From the NCBI GenBank assembly GCA_041308645.1, contig JBFZBC010000013.1, positions 1-55,486 of the forward strand: a stretch of 55,486 nt of DNA, written 5' to 3'. Positions 34,601-42,476 of the stretch are shown in pieces. The notes under the pieces were generated by a model. That model was not told the DNA's origin and did not search any database. It saw only the letters and a list, made by a program, of their open reading frames with translations. The DNA comes from a bacterium (GTDB taxonomy: Bacteria; Patescibacteriota; Minisyncoccia; Phycocordibacterales; GWA1-40-21). The position numbers and the translations under genes were made by a program. Position 1 is the first letter of the stretch. Every line of letters starts with the position of its first letter.

Positions 34601-37405
34601 AATAAAAACTAAAGCTAGTGCGATAATTTGAGTAGGAAACATCATGATAATAAACTCGCGTAATGTTCCTTTTAAATTTTTAGCTACTTCATGGGAGTTT
34701 TGCCAAAGTAACATATTTTTGTGTCTAAAATTCATTCTATATATTGAGATAGAAATAGCCCTCAAAGAAATAATGGCCTGATCAAGAAGAAAGATGAAAC
34801 GATAAATTATCTGCCATATAACCGAGTCTAAATTATCAAATAAATTATTTATCTTCATGAGCAGAGTCATCTCCTTTGGCCACTCAAACAACTTGATGAT
34901 GTAGGAAATAATAAATGAAGAACCGATAACCAATAGGATATAAACAAAAGAATAAATGTAATAATCATGGAAAAATAGATAAGAAAATACTAGGAAAAAA
35001 ATAGCAAAGATTGGCAAAGTACTTCTTCTCAAATTATCAAATATTTTCCATTTATCAGTGATATCAAAATTATTATTTTTTAACTTATTAAACTTTAGCC
35101 AACTGATAATCTGCCAATCCCCTCTAATCCAGCGATGCATCCTTAAAATATATTCCTTATAACTATCAGGAAAGCCTTCAAACAGATATATATCAGTAGC
35201 AAAACCTACTCTAGTATAAAGACCTTCAAGTAAATCATGACTTAAAACCTGATTCTCTGGGATTCTGTCCCCGATTGTTGCTTCCATAGCGTCCACATCA
35301 TAAATTCCTTTACCAAAAAACAAACTGTTATTGAAAAGATCCTGATAAACATCAGCTCCTGGACCAGTATATGAATCTATTCCAATGGAAAAAGAAAATA
35401 AACGTGAAAAGATTGTGGCACGAGCTAAGTTAAACTTTGTGGTCATCCTAGGCTGAATGATTCCATAACCACTGATTACTTTTCCTTTTTTCTCGTCCAA
35501 AATAGGCCTATTAAGTGGGTGGTCAATACAACCAATTAATTTTATAGCAGAATCTTTTGGTAAACGAGTATCTTCATCAATCGTTAAAACATATTTGATT
35601 GATGGTAGATCTTTAGGTAAAGCTTCAAAATAAGAAGTTGGTCTTATATTTCTTAATAATAAATTAAACTCTCTTAATTTACCTCTTTTTCTTTCCCAAC
35701 ACATGAAGGTATTCTCATTTGGATTCCAAATCCTTCGACGATGGAATATATAAAATCTGTCTACTTTTGCTTTGTATTTTTTATTTAATTCCCTTATCCC
35801 TTCATTCATTTGCTCCACTAAAATCTGATCAGATGTAGTGGTCTCCATCTTTGAATCCTTAAAATCCATCAGTAAAGCAAAATAAATATTCTGGTCTGAG
35901 TTACTTAGAAAATTTACTTCCAACCGCTTGAGTAGCTCCTGTGAATTTTTACTATCCCTTAGCATTGATGGTATGACAACAAAAGTACTCTGCCTTAATT
36001 CAACCCCTGAAGAAAGATCTAGCTGAGGTAACATACGAACTGGGATAAATGAAACGACAGAAAGATTTATCAGGTTAATTACTATGTCACAATTAAGAAT
36101 AAAGACTAAAATGAATAAAATAATAGAAAAAATATTTAACCCAAAAATATTTGGGAACAAAATAACTAGACTGGTGGTCAGAATTATATCTACTAGTAAG
36201 ATTAAGCCAAGATAAAAAAGAGGCGCCTTACTTAAAACAAAAGATCGTAAAATTTCTAGAAAAGGTTTTTGATAACCAATTTTTTTTTCTAGTTCATTAC
36301 GTCCTTCACCCACTAGGTAATATCCGATATGGTTCTCAGGATTATTATTCTCTTGAGAAACAACTGAAGTATGACACAAACGTAAAGCCAGCTTTGCGAC
36401 CTCAGACTCATAAACGCCTGCTCTATCACTGATTTTAACTAGCTCATTTCTATAAGCCGCTTGACTTGCTTGATCTAAAGTACCATAAGCTTCCGCTGGA
36501 TCCTTTAATAAGAAGGAATCCACAATATTTATATCTACAACAAAATTATCCCAACGTACTTGATTTATCCAACGCAAACTATTTATTATATTTAAAATTT
36601 GATTTGAGGTTTCTGTTTGATATTTATTTTCTATTTCAGCCAAGTTGGAAATATTTATCCCTTGTTTAAGTAAGTTTAGTTTTAACCATTTTACTATCGG
36701 TCTGGTATCTGGACCATATTGAGAAAGTCTTTGTAAAAGATTAAAACCTAGATTAACTGGAATAACACCATATTTACTTGCCAGATTTGATGTTATTTGA
36801 GAATAATTCTTTTCCTTATCTTTTGATTTCTTTTTTACTATTTGGTCAAACCAATCCTCGGCATCTTTATACTCATTAAGAGAAACAATGGCTTTATGCA
36901 TCAAACTCTCAGTGTTTTTTATTAAAATAATCCTTAAGAAAAAAGGTACAAAACTTAATTCCCTAATAGAAAGATGGGCCTTCGCTTGGTAAGCACGTAA
37001 AAAAGTATATAGCACTTCCTTATCGATTTTATATTCAGAGACCTTCAATAATTCGACTAAAATAGAATAAATTCTAGGAATATAGATATTTGGAGTTATT
37101 TCAATCTGAAATAATTTTTTAAAACCCTTATCAACTGATGTATTTGTAACATCGGAAATAGCACTATCAATAATGTAATAGTTATCAAATAAGTTTTCAA
37201 CTTCGTGAGTCAAATGCTTATTTAATCTAACTAAATTAATAAGTTTTTTGTAAGTATTCTTAGTTTGAGAAATACTCTTATTAATAAACGACAAAAAAGA
37301 CTTGGCCTTTTCTGGCTTAGAAACAATAAATACTTTGGCACCTAAAACGTGAGCTTTTTTTCTAACTTTATTAATAAGCTCAATATCTTCCTTGATAATT
37401 TTCAT
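28661..37405 (-). CDS. Cyclic beta-1,2-glucan synthase-like giant protein (membrane GT84-type transferase plus GH94 glycan phosphorylase-like C-terminus)
   Basis: 2914 aa. A TM cluster at about 395-460 is followed by a GT domain (TIDEDTRLP, HRWIRGDWQ). A second TM cluster at about 790-960 follows. The C-terminal (alpha/alpha)6 GH94-type region has GYYQPSGAYGFRDQLQDS, NGDWNDGLN and GGWTWYTGSAG. Confidence 0.85.
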   Translation of the reverse strand: MKIIKEDIELINKVRKKAHVLGAKVFIVSKPEKAKSFLSFINKSISQTKNTYKKLINLVRLNKHLTHEVENLFDNYYIIDSAISDVTNTSVDKGFKKLFQIEITPNIYIPRIYSILVELLKVSEYKIDKEVLYTFLRAYQAKAHLSIRELSFVPFFLRIILIKNTESLMHKAIVSLNEYKDAEDWFDQIVKKKSKDKEKNYSQITSNLASKYGVIPVNLGFNLLQRLSQYGPDTRPIVKWLKLNLLKQGINISNLAEIENKYQTETSNQILNIINSLRWINQVRWDNFVVDINIVDSFLLKDPAEAYGTLDQASQAAYRNELVKISDRAGVYESEVAKLALRLCHTSVVSQENNNPENHIGYYLVGEGRNELEKKIGYQKPFLEILRSFVLSKAPLFYLGLILLVDIILTTSLVILFPNIFGLNIFSIILFILVFILNCDIVINLINLSVVSFIPVRMLPQLDLSSGVELRQSTFVVIPSMLRDSKNSQELLKRLEVNFLSNSDQNIYFALLMDFKDSKMETTTSDQILVEQMNEGIRELNKKYKAKVDRFYIFHRRRIWNPNENTFMCWERKRGKLREFNLLLRNIRPTSYFEALPKDLPSIKYVLTIDEDTRLPKDSAIKLIGCIDHPLNRPILDEKKGKVISGYGIIQPRMTTKFNLARATIFSRLFSFSIGIDSYTGPGADVYQDLFNNSLFFGKGIYDVDAMEATIGDRIPENQVLSHDLLEGLYTRVGFATDIYLFEGFPDSYKEYILRMHRWIRGDWQIISWLKFNKLKNNNFDITDKWKIFDNLRRSTLPIFAIFFLVFSYLFFHDYYIYSFVYILLVIGSSFIISYIIKLFEWPKEMTLLMKINNLFDNLDSVIWQIIYRFIFLLDQAIISLRAISISIYRMNFRHKNMLLWQNSHEVAKNLKGTLREFIIMMFPTQIIALALVFILLSFHDSFSPYFTTIFWFISPLVAYHISRKEKVFQYKKSDTKLLRGVACRSARFFLELARRDNNYLIPDHYQEEPVTNSRSATSPTNIGCHLLGNFSAYDLGYISLSNLLWRLTSSFRSLDHLERYKGHFYNWYDICTLQPLNPKYVSSVDSANLLLNLITLKQGILDIIGKPIISKASFVGFEDILNSLIDDACLIMNERGVIKVDRKAVRGIYNEARQILIKIKIIDKLESIECVSKVLNDLTESNEKMKRIVSNLNLGISKGILSSIYSSIEHFNTLLKQQIDELAVFMFYNQDRLAKPVIRNEKRNSHLAKTLKNICSKLDIIPSLETLNGQLKCEIEDLFFINLIHSASLDNDEKENIEKWYHQVITHITHAQNHAIKIKNEFLHIVSLANKFVDETNFAFLYNEERGLFHIGYNAILEKIDNYYYDFLASEANAISFMAVLKNDVPIKHWFYLSRKLVQLDQKNISLVSWGGSLFEYLTSLIFFKVHKESLLGRTANVAINAHIKYGKKYKIPWGMGESAYSALDLNNNYQYQIFGHPELGLKRDLKDYLVVAPYTTVLSLAFKPKEATLNMRKMIKSKFMGRYGFYDAIDYGAKLEDGSQNSVGVPAKIYYAHHQGFSLQSLNNQVNHERVHSLFLSDPRVEALDTIFEEKIPSSIPARPIKSIDHLQAEYVTTGNNDVHVKQFIPLYTSYPRRAFISNGSYFVDVSNTGAGGSRVADINLTRFREDTVAETWGQFIYLYDENKNNLWSPTTRPTGVSLGKNKIEYFENKARFIKIHNNIESSLTIAIAPDSNVEFRILTLTNHHKEAKTLNITSYGEVCLAKSNDDLHHTAFQKLFIKSEYWKKYNALVYSRPNNVKRGTNLYLAHKVFTSLYNEGESIYTTNRNQFIDRGGTLSQPDIFSPTHHQGNPDLGYNFDPIFSFQNQIELKSNEAITITYVNIFGNSQEELINNLKKYSNQKHINQAIIKSDKHSYDVVNSLGISHELALSYQALASRLLSPHYSSDIKSFRQDSHEAKVQTLWRIGISGDLPILIVRFYDMNDMAMVKNMLICHKYLKHKGIAHDLVLLNEYPTSYIKSFEDEVDFLIRYNQTTVSKTIRGNVFHIQASHLSLVDKEDLLLLSRVVIDSKLGTIEQQILEITKSNSKASVPYLKTTKKVNTLSKDTHPTLDKLSFYNGLGGFADDGREYKMNINYKKSLYTPCPWANIIANKNIGTVITESGSSYTWFADSYDNRLTKRIDDPLIDRSSEIFYLRDEETGDFWNPTPLPIKSPHTYIVSHGLGFTKFEHKSRGIDQSMVVHVPVEDNVKIVKFKFTNTTKIIKKLSLTGFFEMSVGGANRQDNKDYLKTTLDKTTGAIIVKNIFSESFKKVLAFVDLNAGNSLVTNDREEFLGKGGDVNNPAALHREKLSNIIHDDVDHCVALETFFTLNPGEEIEIISLLGGGYSIEAVHKLIAKYRSLTHYHSSLKEIESNWNNLLNKVQIKTPDQSLNILFNFRLIHQVMSSRLLARTGYYQPSGAYGFRDQLQDSMSLVWTNPEVTKEIILKASHHQFLEGDVQNWWHEHNSFGVRTVFSDQQLWLPYVVSFYLEITNDIKILDEKIPYLKGPLLDFISNSNWAGIAEVDKEKYDLYDHCLRAIEKTFVFGKNGLPIIGNGDWNDGLNKVGEKGQGESVWLGWFLCAVIKKFTPYIKNRGDEDRVKRFEVTLQNLTTALERKAWDGKWYKRAFYDNGVALGSSSNREFKIDSISQSWSVLSGVARTDRSKIAMNSVMKNLFQNNDLLLLIFPAVKDTSMDPGYIKDYPPGVRENGAQYNHGALWAAQAYAKLNDPLSAMKIIDSVNPIKRSESIKKASLYKVEPYVVASDIYAKPAPAGRGGWTWYTGSAGVMYCTILESILGIKIRNNKMEINPCIPKSWKNFSLLYTHKNTKYNIHILNNQNSIKENKKIIVNGETLSGDVIHLINDKKTHKVEVTL

Positions 37406-37441
37406 GCTACTTGTTTATTATAACAGATTTTGTGTCGTTTG

Positions 37442-37450
37442 TGCTATAAT
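37442..37450 (+). promoter_or_regulatory. Extended -10 (TGCTATAAT) for the PMM-like gene
   Basis: TGCTATAAT is followed directly by ATGGTGACAATG. An ATG at 37460 would give a leader of about 3 nt. Confidence 0.5.
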
Positions 37451-37459
37451 ATGGTGACA

Positions 37460-38245
37460 ATGACTGTTTATAATACAAAAAAGACTTTTCAGAAAAAAAA
37501 GCTATTCGCTTTTGATGTTGACGGTACCATTACACCAAGCCGAGGCATAATGGATTCAGAAATGACAAAGCTTTTCCTAAAACTCCTAGAGTATAAAAAG
37601 GTGGCAATTATTACTGGTGGAGCGTTTGCTGATATTAACAGACAGGTTCTTCAACCACTTAACCTACCCAATCACCTGAAAAAAAATCTTATTCTTTTAC
37701 CAACGAATGGTGGTGGTCTATGGGTATTCAATAATGAGTGGCAAGAAATTGCCTCACATAAATTTACGGAAGATGAAAAACAAAAAATAACTGAGGTGTT
37801 AATAGAAGTAAATAATGCAGATCAAAAATTAAAAAACAATATTTGCTATGGTCAAAAAATTCAAGATCGTGAATCTCAAATAACATATGCAGCATTAGGC
37901 GAATATGCACCAATTGAACTCAAATTAGCTTGGGACCCAGACCTAAAAAAAAGAATTGCATTACAACACAAACTACAGAGGAAACTACCAGAATTTGAAG
38001 TAAAAATTGGCGGAAAAACTTCTATTGATATTACACCTAAAGGTATGGACAAGGCCTATGCGATTAAGAAAGTTATGGAGTATTTGAAACAACCTAAGGA
38101 AGAGGTTTTGTTCATCGGCGATGCGGTTTACGAAAACGGCAACGATTTTCCCGTCCAACAAGCTGGGATTGAAACCATCAAAGTCAATGGTCCCGAAGAA
38201 ACCAAGGAAAGATTAATAAAATTACTTACAAATATTTCTTCCTAA
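37460..38245 (+). CDS. HAD-IIB hydrolase, phosphomannomutase (eukaryotic PMM)-like
   Basis: Motif I is FAFDVDGTIT. The cap region and the late motifs GGKTSIDITPKGMDK and FIGDAVYENGNDFPV run parallel to PMM/Sec53. The start is ambiguous (37451 or 37460; the track uses 37430). Confidence 0.65.
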   Translation: MTVYNTKKTFQKKKLFAFDVDGTITPSRGIMDSEMTKLFLKLLEYKKVAIITGGAFADINRQVLQPLNLPNHLKKNLILLPTNGGGLWVFNNEWQEIASHKFTEDEKQKITEVLIEVNNADQKLKNNICYGQKIQDRESQITYAALGEYAPIELKLAWDPDLKKRIALQHKLQRKLPEFEVKIGGKTSIDITPKGMDKAYAIKKVMEYLKQPKEEVLFIGDAVYENGNDFPVQQAGIETIKVNGPEETKERLIKLLTNISS

Positions 38246-39243
38246 AAAATACTTTTGCCCATATTCCAATAGCGAGAATCATTTTTCTCTACCAACATCC
38301 AATACCACCACTCCGCCCCCCAAAGATACGCCCGAGAAGCGCCTAAACGTTTCGCATAGGAAATATTTTCTAAAAGACGATCTAAACTTAAAGTTTTTTC
38401 CATTTCTAAAATGGAGGTTTCGCTAGGTAAATAATCACCAAACCACGGCTCGGCCTGTAATTCCGAAATGAAAAAATCAGCGGTTTTTTTCCCCCATAAC
38501 CATGCCCGCAATTTATAATAGGCCGCCGGTAACCAATCATAAGTAATAATCATTCCTCCGGGTGTCCGCACTGTTCGATAAAGAGTCGCGCCCAAAATAT
38601 CCCCCGCACGTGTCGCTTCATACCAGGTAGACATCTCACCACTATCAGAAATTATGATGGGATGCTTATTATCAAGATTCCTAACTAGCATCACCTCAGC
38701 TTCCACCGCCGATAAATCAAAAAGAAGACATTCACCAAATTTAAACTTAATAAATGGTTCATTTTCTACCTGCCAAAACTCCAGTGCTGGATGATTCCGA
38801 TAACGCTTCACCGTTTCCTCCACATAAGACAATAATGATTCTTTTTTATCATTTAGATCTATCTGTTTTGACCAGGCTGGTAAGTGACATTCTGGCCAGC
38901 GAGGCACTTTCTGCCCAACCACTAAAATTACTTTGCCTCCACGCTCTGCGGCTTGATCCAATAAATAATCCACTGTGGTAAAATTATAAATTCCCCTTCT
39001 CTCCTCAATTCGGTCCCAAGGTGCCGATAAACGCAAATAAGTTGGTTTCAAATCATCAAGAATAGAAATATAAGCCTCCTGCCAATTAAGCCCCAATTTT
39101 TCAGCATAACCAATATCAAAACTTATACCATATTCTAAAGGATACGTTTTAAAAGAAAAAGACCATAATAATCCATAAATAAATAAAATTACTATTAATA
39201 AATAAAATAAAATTTTAAGAAATAAATTAGCATTCTTTTTCAT
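38242..39243 (-). CDS. Membrane-anchored clan GH-A (TIM-barrel) glycoside hydrolase
   Basis: N-terminal TM anchor. FWQVENEP is the acid/base NEP motif, and ISELQAEPW is a candidate nucleophile Glu. Overlaps neighbours by 4 nt at both ends. Confidence 0.6.
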   Translation of the reverse strand: MKKNANLFLKILFYLLIVILFIYGLLWSFSFKTYPLEYGISFDIGYAEKLGLNWQEAYISILDDLKPTYLRLSAPWDRIEERRGIYNFTTVDYLLDQAAERGGKVILVVGQKVPRWPECHLPAWSKQIDLNDKKESLLSYVEETVKRYRNHPALEFWQVENEPFIKFKFGECLLFDLSAVEAEVMLVRNLDNKHPIIISDSGEMSTWYEATRAGDILGATLYRTVRTPGGMIITYDWLPAAYYKLRAWLWGKKTADFFISELQAEPWFGDYLPSETSILEMEKTLSLDRLLENISYAKRLGASRAYLWGAEWWYWMLVEKNDSRYWNMGKSIF

Positions 39244-40148
39244 TGAAAATAAATGAGACCGATTATTATTAATAAAATAGCACTAATTTCCATAAATATT
39301 TCCCGACGGGTAAAATATTCAAAAAATATTTTCGGCCATAATTTTGTAAATATATAAATAATAACAAAAACTAAAACATATTGAATACCCGCCAAGCCAT
39401 TAACTACCGTCACACTACCAACCGCGATCGCATATTGAATACCTAACGCGCCCAACACACCCAGAATTTTATCTAACACTATAATAAAAATTTTATGTTT
39501 AGAAACGGTGGAGTTATTATCAACTAAAACTGGAGGATGAATTATCTCTTTAAAGACATTTGGCCAACATAAAATAATCAGACCAACAAAACCAATAGAA
39601 CCCTTAGTCCAAACCAAACCAGTTATAAAGGGATAAATTTCATAAATATGTTTAGCCGTCACATGTGATAAACCAAACAAAATACCAGCCAAAGTGGCCC
39701 AAAAAAAACCACGATGAAAACCTTTATATTTCTGACTCTTTTCAAAAGATAATAAAAAACAGGCAACGATTAAAAAAACTAAACCAATTTTGGTAGAATC
39801 TACTAAACTTTCATTCAACAAAAAAACTGAAAAAACATAAGTAGCTAAAGCAACAATACCACCAATAAACGGTGCAATATGACTTGTTTCGCCTCCACGT
39901 AAACCAATATACATGAGACATAAACCAAAACCAAAAGCCAAGCCTGAAATAATCGCCCAAATAAAATCCCCGGTAGTTAAAAATTGACTCCATGGGACTA
40001 GCAAAAAAACCACTAAGAAAAAAATCGTGGAATAAAAAGCATAAATAATCGGTTTTTTTACTGATTTTGTTAAAATATATTTATCTAAAATTGACACAAC
40101 GGCTAATAGTAAATAGCCGATGACAGCAAAAATTAATGCGGTGATCAT
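39240..40148 (-). CDS. DMT/EamA-like 10-TM transporter
   Basis: 302 aa with about 10 hydrophobic helices in two 5-TM halves. Confidence 0.55.
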   Translation of the reverse strand: MITALIFAVIGYLLLAVVSILDKYILTKSVKKPIIYAFYSTIFFLVVFLLVPWSQFLTTGDFIWAIISGLAFGFGLCLMYIGLRGGETSHIAPFIGGIVALATYVFSVFLLNESLVDSTKIGLVFLIVACFLLSFEKSQKYKGFHRGFFWATLAGILFGLSHVTAKHIYEIYPFITGLVWTKGSIGFVGLIILCWPNVFKEIIHPPVLVDNNSTVSKHKIFIIVLDKILGVLGALGIQYAIAVGSVTVVNGLAGIQYVLVFVIIYIFTKLWPKIFFEYFTRREIFMEISAILLIIIGLIYFQ

Positions 40149-40159
40149 ATTATATTAAT

Positions 40160-41491
40160 TTAATTATTTTCATTTTTATTAAGTATGTTTTTTATATTAT
40201 ATGTTCCATATTTAGGTGCCTCAACAAAACCGTTTACTGCCGCTTCTGCTAATTTACCAGAATTTATTAAATCCAATAGCCAATTACTAGTAACACTAGG
40301 GATTCCCTGATCGATTCCACTTCCGATAGAGAGTAACCATTCTCGATTAAACCTCTCTTGTGATCCGAGAGGTGGAGCTATTAAAATAGGTAAACCAAGT
40401 GCACTATAAAAAGAAAGTTCACAGGGTTTTGTCCATAAAATATCTGTAAGTTTTATTAAGGAGTTAAATTTTCTAAAATATTCAAACTTATCAGCTTCAT
40501 AAAGAATAAAAATATCTCCTTGTGCTAAAGAATCAATTAAATCAGCACTAGCTATATTATCTAAAAATCTATTTCTTACCAATTCTGAAATACCAGCAAT
40601 TAAATTCAACTTGATCATACCGGTTTTTATTAGAGGAGCGAGAGAATTTATGATCTTTTCGCCTATCTCTACTTGGGCACCAGCCCCTCCCACAGCAAAA
40701 GTTAAATCAATAGGAATAATAGCGGTATCACTAGGTACTAAATATTCTGAAACTAATGCTTCATATTTTTCTCGAAAAATTCCTTTAGGATCAAGTTTCT
40801 TAACTCTACGGCCCAATGATTCCTTAGTAATAGATAAACTATCCCTTTCACCTTGTAATTCTAATGGTAAAGGAAAACCAGTCATAATTATTTTTTCTTC
40901 CCTAATACCATACATCAATAATCTTTCAAAAACCCTTTGAGAAGGGGCTAGATAAATAATTCGACTATTAGCTGGCTTAAGAGGAACCCAGGCCCGAGAA
41001 ATATCAGTATCAGTACATAAACAATATATTTCACCTTTATAGCCATGCTCTTCTGCAAATATAGCTGGTATAAAAAAAGATGTTAAAAAAGATAAAGGAT
41101 TATTGTTTAATTTATCAATCAAATCCCTACCGAGACCCGCTTTAATCATACGATATATTTGTTTTGTCTGAAGTGTTGGTTTTGATAAATCACGCTTGGG
41201 ATAAAAAGACTCTATCCTTTGAACATAATCCATGATTCCAAAAATAAAACTACCAATCAAAGGTAAACTGCGAAGACGAGAGATTATTTCATAAATTCTT
41301 CTGGTTGCCGCCCAACTTAATTTATCTTTTTTAGGGATAGAAGGATAATTATCTGCCGGAATTATTTTAGATGGCAATATTTCCCAACCAGGTGGTATCA
41401 TAGCTAAAAATTCTAATGGTTGAACCGCTCTTTGATGACCATAACCCATATCAACTGCTACAATATAAGCTTTTGATTGTTTTTTAAACAT
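40160..41491 (-). CDS. GT-B glycosyltransferase, MGDG-synthase/UgtP (GT28)-like
   Basis: N-terminal VAVDMGYGHQRA resembles the GGGH motif. C-terminal WTKPCELSFYSALGLPILIAPPLGSQERFN resembles TKPGG...PGQEE.N. ATG 41491 is preferred over the TTG at 41512. Confidence 0.55.
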   Translation of the reverse strand: MFKKQSKAYIVAVDMGYGHQRAVQPLEFLAMIPPGWEILPSKIIPADNYPSIPKKDKLSWAATRRIYEIISRLRSLPLIGSFIFGIMDYVQRIESFYPKRDLSKPTLQTKQIYRMIKAGLGRDLIDKLNNNPLSFLTSFFIPAIFAEEHGYKGEIYCLCTDTDISRAWVPLKPANSRIIYLAPSQRVFERLLMYGIREEKIIMTGFPLPLELQGERDSLSITKESLGRRVKKLDPKGIFREKYEALVSEYLVPSDTAIIPIDLTFAVGGAGAQVEIGEKIINSLAPLIKTGMIKLNLIAGISELVRNRFLDNIASADLIDSLAQGDIFILYEADKFEYFRKFNSLIKLTDILWTKPCELSFYSALGLPILIAPPLGSQERFNREWLLSIGSGIDQGIPSVTSNWLLDLINSGKLAEAAVNGFVEAPKYGTYNIKNILNKNENN

Positions 41492-41546
41492 AGTATGCTT
41501 TTTAAAAACCAAATCAATTATAAACTATAGTTAGATATATATCAAT

Positions 41547-42470
41547 TTAGATTTCAACCTGACCAAGGAATTCACCATCATTAATATAAATATTATTATT
41601 AAAAACTCTAAAATCTGGTGCTTTACCACTATATAAAACCTGTAATTTCTTTTCGGGGTTGTTTTCAGCTTCTACAGCGTAAACCTTATCCCCCACTGAA
41701 ATGATAATTACCTCTGACTCACCAGGGAAGAAATCTAGACTGACTATATTTGATCCAAATGAATATACCTTTAATTGACTTTGGAATTTTATTTCATTAA
41801 TAGATTCCTCCCAAAAAATACTGGGGGTGGAATTAGCACTGCCGTTCCAGCCTATATAAATATCCCCGCTTTCATACCATATTGATAAATACCAATTTTT
41901 AATAGGATTTTCTTTTGTGCCAGGTGCATATTTTGTTGTTTTATCTGTTGTGGTTGATAAGACAGAGATATATTTTTCTAAAGTTAAATCTTCGTCAAAT
42001 AAATTTTTAATAATTTTATAATTAGGATTTAATTTTGTTTCATGAATCGTTGTAGTACTCAATATTTTTTCAATTTCTAATGATTTCTTTATTTCTGTAA
42101 TATCAATACTGCTCGGCAACATGAACACTTTACTTTCTGTTACTTTATTAGCAAAAACCTTGATTTTATTTGACCAATCATTATAACCATCTTTTTTCAC
42201 CGAAACAGCATACACGCCAGGTTTGAGATTTTTTAAAAGATAATTTCTTGTAAAAAAACCGGTTGTTTCTTTTATCTTGCCATTCACATATAGTTGCGAA
42301 TCAGGTTGCATCGAATTAATAAAAAGACCACCTGTTGCTAAAATATTCCAACCTTCACCTAAAATATTACCATTAGCGTAAAAAACAATAGTTGGTGCCA
42401 GTACCAAAAAAAGTAATATAAAAACTACTACTGTAATCCTTCTTTTAATAATTGAAACTTTATTTTTCAT
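41547..42470 (-). CDS. PEGA-domain membrane-anchored protein
   Basis: N-terminal TM. LKPGVYAVSVKKDGYNDWSNKIKV is a PEGA-type motif. Confidence 0.6.
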   Translation of the reverse strand: MKNKVSIIKRRITVVVFILLFLVLAPTIVFYANGNILGEGWNILATGGLFINSMQPDSQLYVNGKIKETTGFFTRNYLLKNLKPGVYAVSVKKDGYNDWSNKIKVFANKVTESKVFMLPSSIDITEIKKSLEIEKILSTTTIHETKLNPNYKIIKNLFDEDLTLEKYISVLSTTTDKTTKYAPGTKENPIKNWYLSIWYESGDIYIGWNGSANSTPSIFWEESINEIKFQSQLKVYSFGSNIVSLDFFPGESEVIIISVGDKVYAVEAENNPEKKLQVLYSGKAPDFRVFNNNIYINDGEFLGQVEI

Positions 42471-42476
42471 TTTAAA

